The position numbers and the translations under genes are program-made. Of a DNA stretch of 62,001 nt, positions 60,156 through 62,001 are shown piece by piece. Position 1 is the first letter of the stretch, and each line of letters opens with the position of its first letter. The notes beneath the pieces were generated by a model. It saw nothing but the letters and a program-made list of their open reading frames with translations. It was not told the DNA's origin and searched no databases. The stretch comes from Yoonia sp. (GTDB lineage Bacteria > Pseudomonadota > Alphaproteobacteria > Rhodobacterales > Rhodobacteraceae): the NCBI RefSeq assembly GCF_036007805.1, contig NZ_DASYOK010000058.1:1-62001 (forward strand). The letters run 5' to 3'.

Positions 60156-60193
60156 CGGGAGGCCGCCAAGACCGACATGGTCACGGGTACCGA

Positions 60194-60490
60194 TCACGTG
60201 ACGTGATCCGGTTGTTGATCGCGCTTGTGCCCCGCCAGCGAGGCACGCCAGATCGGATCCTTGGCAAGTGTTTGCGCCTGCGCGCGCTCAAGGCGCGCCA
60301 GAACGGCCTCGATCGGCTCGCCCCGCGCACGGGCGCGCTGCCAGATGCGGCGGCATGACAAGGGCGACCACGGCAAGGCGGCACCCGCAAGCCACCCGCG
60401 CAATGCAGGCGGCAGGGCGTCATAGGCCTGCATCGGATCCTGCCTGCGCCGTTTCCGCTTCAGACCCGTTTCGCCAATGTTTCCGGTCAT
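60194..60490 (-). CDS. DUF6525-like small basic protein
   Basis: GN.G.T.L.R.RR..DPM..YD.LP..LR.WL..A.LPWSP.S; ATGA-coupled to the GTPase. Confidence 0.75.
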   Translation of the reverse strand: MTGNIGETGLKRKRRRQDPMQAYDALPPALRGWLAGAALPWSPLSCRRIWQRARARGEPIEAVLARLERAQAQTLAKDPIWRASLAGHKRDQQPDHVT

Positions 60491-61695
60491 GTCGCATCTA
60501 CACGCCGCCAGAGCGGGAAAGGATCAGGCAGATCGGGTAGCGTGTCAGGACCGGCAGCCACAGTCTCGGGCACCAGACAGGCGTCCAGCCGCGCCCGGAT
60601 CGCAGGCCAGTCGATGTCCGCACCGATAAAGACAATCTCCTGCCGCCGGTCACCCCAAGGCTCGGCCCAATGCTGTGCTGCATAGGCCCGTGCGCTGTCA
60701 TCGTCTGGCCAACGTTCGCGGGGCACAGCCGCCCACCAAGTACCAAGCGGCTTGACCGACGAGAGCGCACCCGCAAGCGAGAATTCGGCCACCCAATCGG
60801 GCCGCGTTGCGATCCAGAAATGGCCCTTGGCACGGATTACGCCAGGCAAGTCGCCGTTCAGAACGGCGAGAATGCGTTCCGGCACGAAGGGTTGGCGGGC
60901 ACGGTAGACATAGGATGAAACGCCGTATTCCTCGGTTTCCGGCACATGGTCGGCAAATCCGTAAAGCTCCTTTGCCCACATCGGATGTTCATGCGCCTTT
61001 TCGAAATCAAAAAGACCCGTATCAAGGATCGCATCCGCTGCGACGTCTGAATGGTTTGTTTCGATGATCCGTGCATCGGCGTTCAGGCTACGGATGATCT
61101 TGCGCGCGGCATCCGTCCGCTCAGGTCCGGCATCAGTGATCTTGTTCAGGATCACTACATCGGCAAACTCGATCTGCTCGACCAGCAGGTTTACCAGCGT
61201 CCGGTCGTCCTCCGCGCCCAGCGTCTCACCGCGATCACGCAGGAAGTCGTGGCTGGCGTAGTCACGCAACAGGTTCACCGCATCGACGACCGTCACCATC
61301 GTATCAAGCCGCGCCACATCCGACAGGCTTTCTCCCGCCTCATCGCGGAAATCGAAGGTCGCTGCGACTGGCAGCGGTTCAGAGATACCGGTGGACTCGA
61401 TCAGCAGATAGTCAAAGCGCCCCATGGCCGCGAGGCGGCGCACCTCTTGCAAAAGATCGTCACGCAGCGTGCAGCAGATACAGCCGTTCGACATCTCGAC
61501 CAGCGTCTCGTCGGTGCGCGACAGCGCACCATCGGCGCGCACGAGATCGGCGTCGATGTTCACTTCGGACATATCGTTCACGATCACCGCAACGCGCCGC
61601 CCCTCGCGATTGTTCAGGACGCGGTTCAGCAGCGTTGTCTTGCCAGCACCCAAGAAGCCTGACAGGACTGTGACGGGGAGACGGTCTTGGTTCAT
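60487..61695 (-). CDS. COG0523/CobW-family metallochaperone GTPase (YciC/ZigA-like)
   Basis: [21 protein letters not shown] and CobW_C ([17 protein letters not shown]) motifs. Confidence 0.93.
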   Translation of the reverse strand: MNQDRLPVTVLSGFLGAGKTTLLNRVLNNREGRRVAVIVNDMSEVNIDADLVRADGALSRTDETLVEMSNGCICCTLRDDLLQEVRRLAAMGRFDYLLIESTGISEPLPVAATFDFRDEAGESLSDVARLDTMVTVVDAVNLLRDYASHDFLRDRGETLGAEDDRTLVNLLVEQIEFADVVILNKITDAGPERTDAARKIIRSLNADARIIETNHSDVAADAILDTGLFDFEKAHEHPMWAKELYGFADHVPETEEYGVSSYVYRARQPFVPERILAVLNGDLPGVIRAKGHFWIATRPDWVAEFSLAGALSSVKPLGTWWAAVPRERWPDDDSARAYAAQHWAEPWGDRRQEIVFIGADIDWPAIRARLDACLVPETVAAGPDTLPDLPDPFPLWRRVDAT

Positions 61696-61728
61696 GGCTG
61701 GCTTCCTTGCAATGTGGGCGTTGATTCC

Positions 61729-61773
61729 CGTAACTAAAGAAGTTACGCAATTCCCGCAACTCAAATAGTTACG
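61729..61773. promoter_or_regulatory. Two tandem palindromes, probable Rrf2 operator
   Basis: CGTAACT-N5-AGTTACG (61729-61747) and CGCAACT-N5-AGTTACG (61755-61773), 26 bp apart. Confidence 0.75.
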
Positions 61774-61802
61774 TGAATAGTCGTAAATCGGGAGATTACC
61801 TC

Positions 61803-62001
61803 GTGAAACGCAACAGCCGCCTGTCACTTGCCCTGCACACGCTCAGCCATATGGCGCATGCACCTGACAGCCTGCGCAAATCCGCTGATATTGCCGCCCA
61901 TGCCGGCACGAACCCGGTCGTCGTGCGCAGGGTGCTGGGGAATTTGCGGCAGGCAGGGCTATTGGTGTCAGAGGCGGGGCATTCCGGTGGCTGGCGCCTT
62001 G
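61803..62001 (+). CDS. Rrf2-family regulator, 3' end outside the window
   Basis: [16 protein letters not shown]...IA...[23 protein letters not shown]; GGGAG RBS. Confidence 0.88.
   Translation, partial: MKRNSRLSLALHTLSHMAHAPDSLRKSADIAAHAGTNPVVVRRVLGNLRQAGLLVSEAGHSGGWRL

Noticed and set aside
1-62001. CRISPR arrays, tRNA/rRNA genes, known riboswitches (including cobalamin before the TonB receptor or CobW gene) and recognisable anti-phage systems
   Set aside because: None seen by eye; an Infernal/Rfam, CRISPR-finder and DefenseFinder run would be needed to exclude them

Overview
This is a 62 kb region from an alphaproteobacterium, most likely Rhodobacteraceae (Roseobacter group), judged from the protein families and the Iron-Rhodo and ICE boxes. 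It has five blocks. (1) 1-16.3 kb holds the end of an N-type ATP synthase operon (atpG), a complete arginine deiminase operon (YfcC-type arcD, arcA, arcB, arcC, plus a GNAT), small stress-type genes around a Crp/Fnr regulator, and a SHOCT/DUF302/CopA copper module. (2) 16.3-24.1 kb is a decayed mobile region with an Imm11-like orphan, an arsR-arsP module with broken neighbours, an internally deleted IS21, and a trbG/trbI/DUF2274 ICE remnant. Two unannotated copies of the 5' end of dusA lie within it and look like att scars of dusA-targeting islands. (3) 24.2-45.7 kb is transport: TetR-RND-SDR, a Kef-like antiporter, GntP, a P2-type ATPase, a TRAP-racemase-RpiR unit, a CPA1-cNMP antiporter and EamA. 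(4) 46-47.6 kb is a secreted COG4337 (iota-class) carbonic anhydrase facing an OxyR-like LysR that lacks the redox cysteines. (5) 47.7-62 kb is a complete haem uptake locus (receptor, hmuSTUV, ChaN, ABM monooxygenase, hemP, dps, exbB-exbD-exbD-tonB) with iron-regulator boxes, followed by an Rrf2/COG0523/DUF6525 unit. The best candidates for undescribed biology are the hemP-coupled paralogue-pair/DUF1289 module, the iota-CA/Cys-less OxyR pair, a variant CTGAY-N4-RTCAG Crp/Fnr regulon and the tandem dusA scars. All family calls come from motif recognition by eye; no searches were run.
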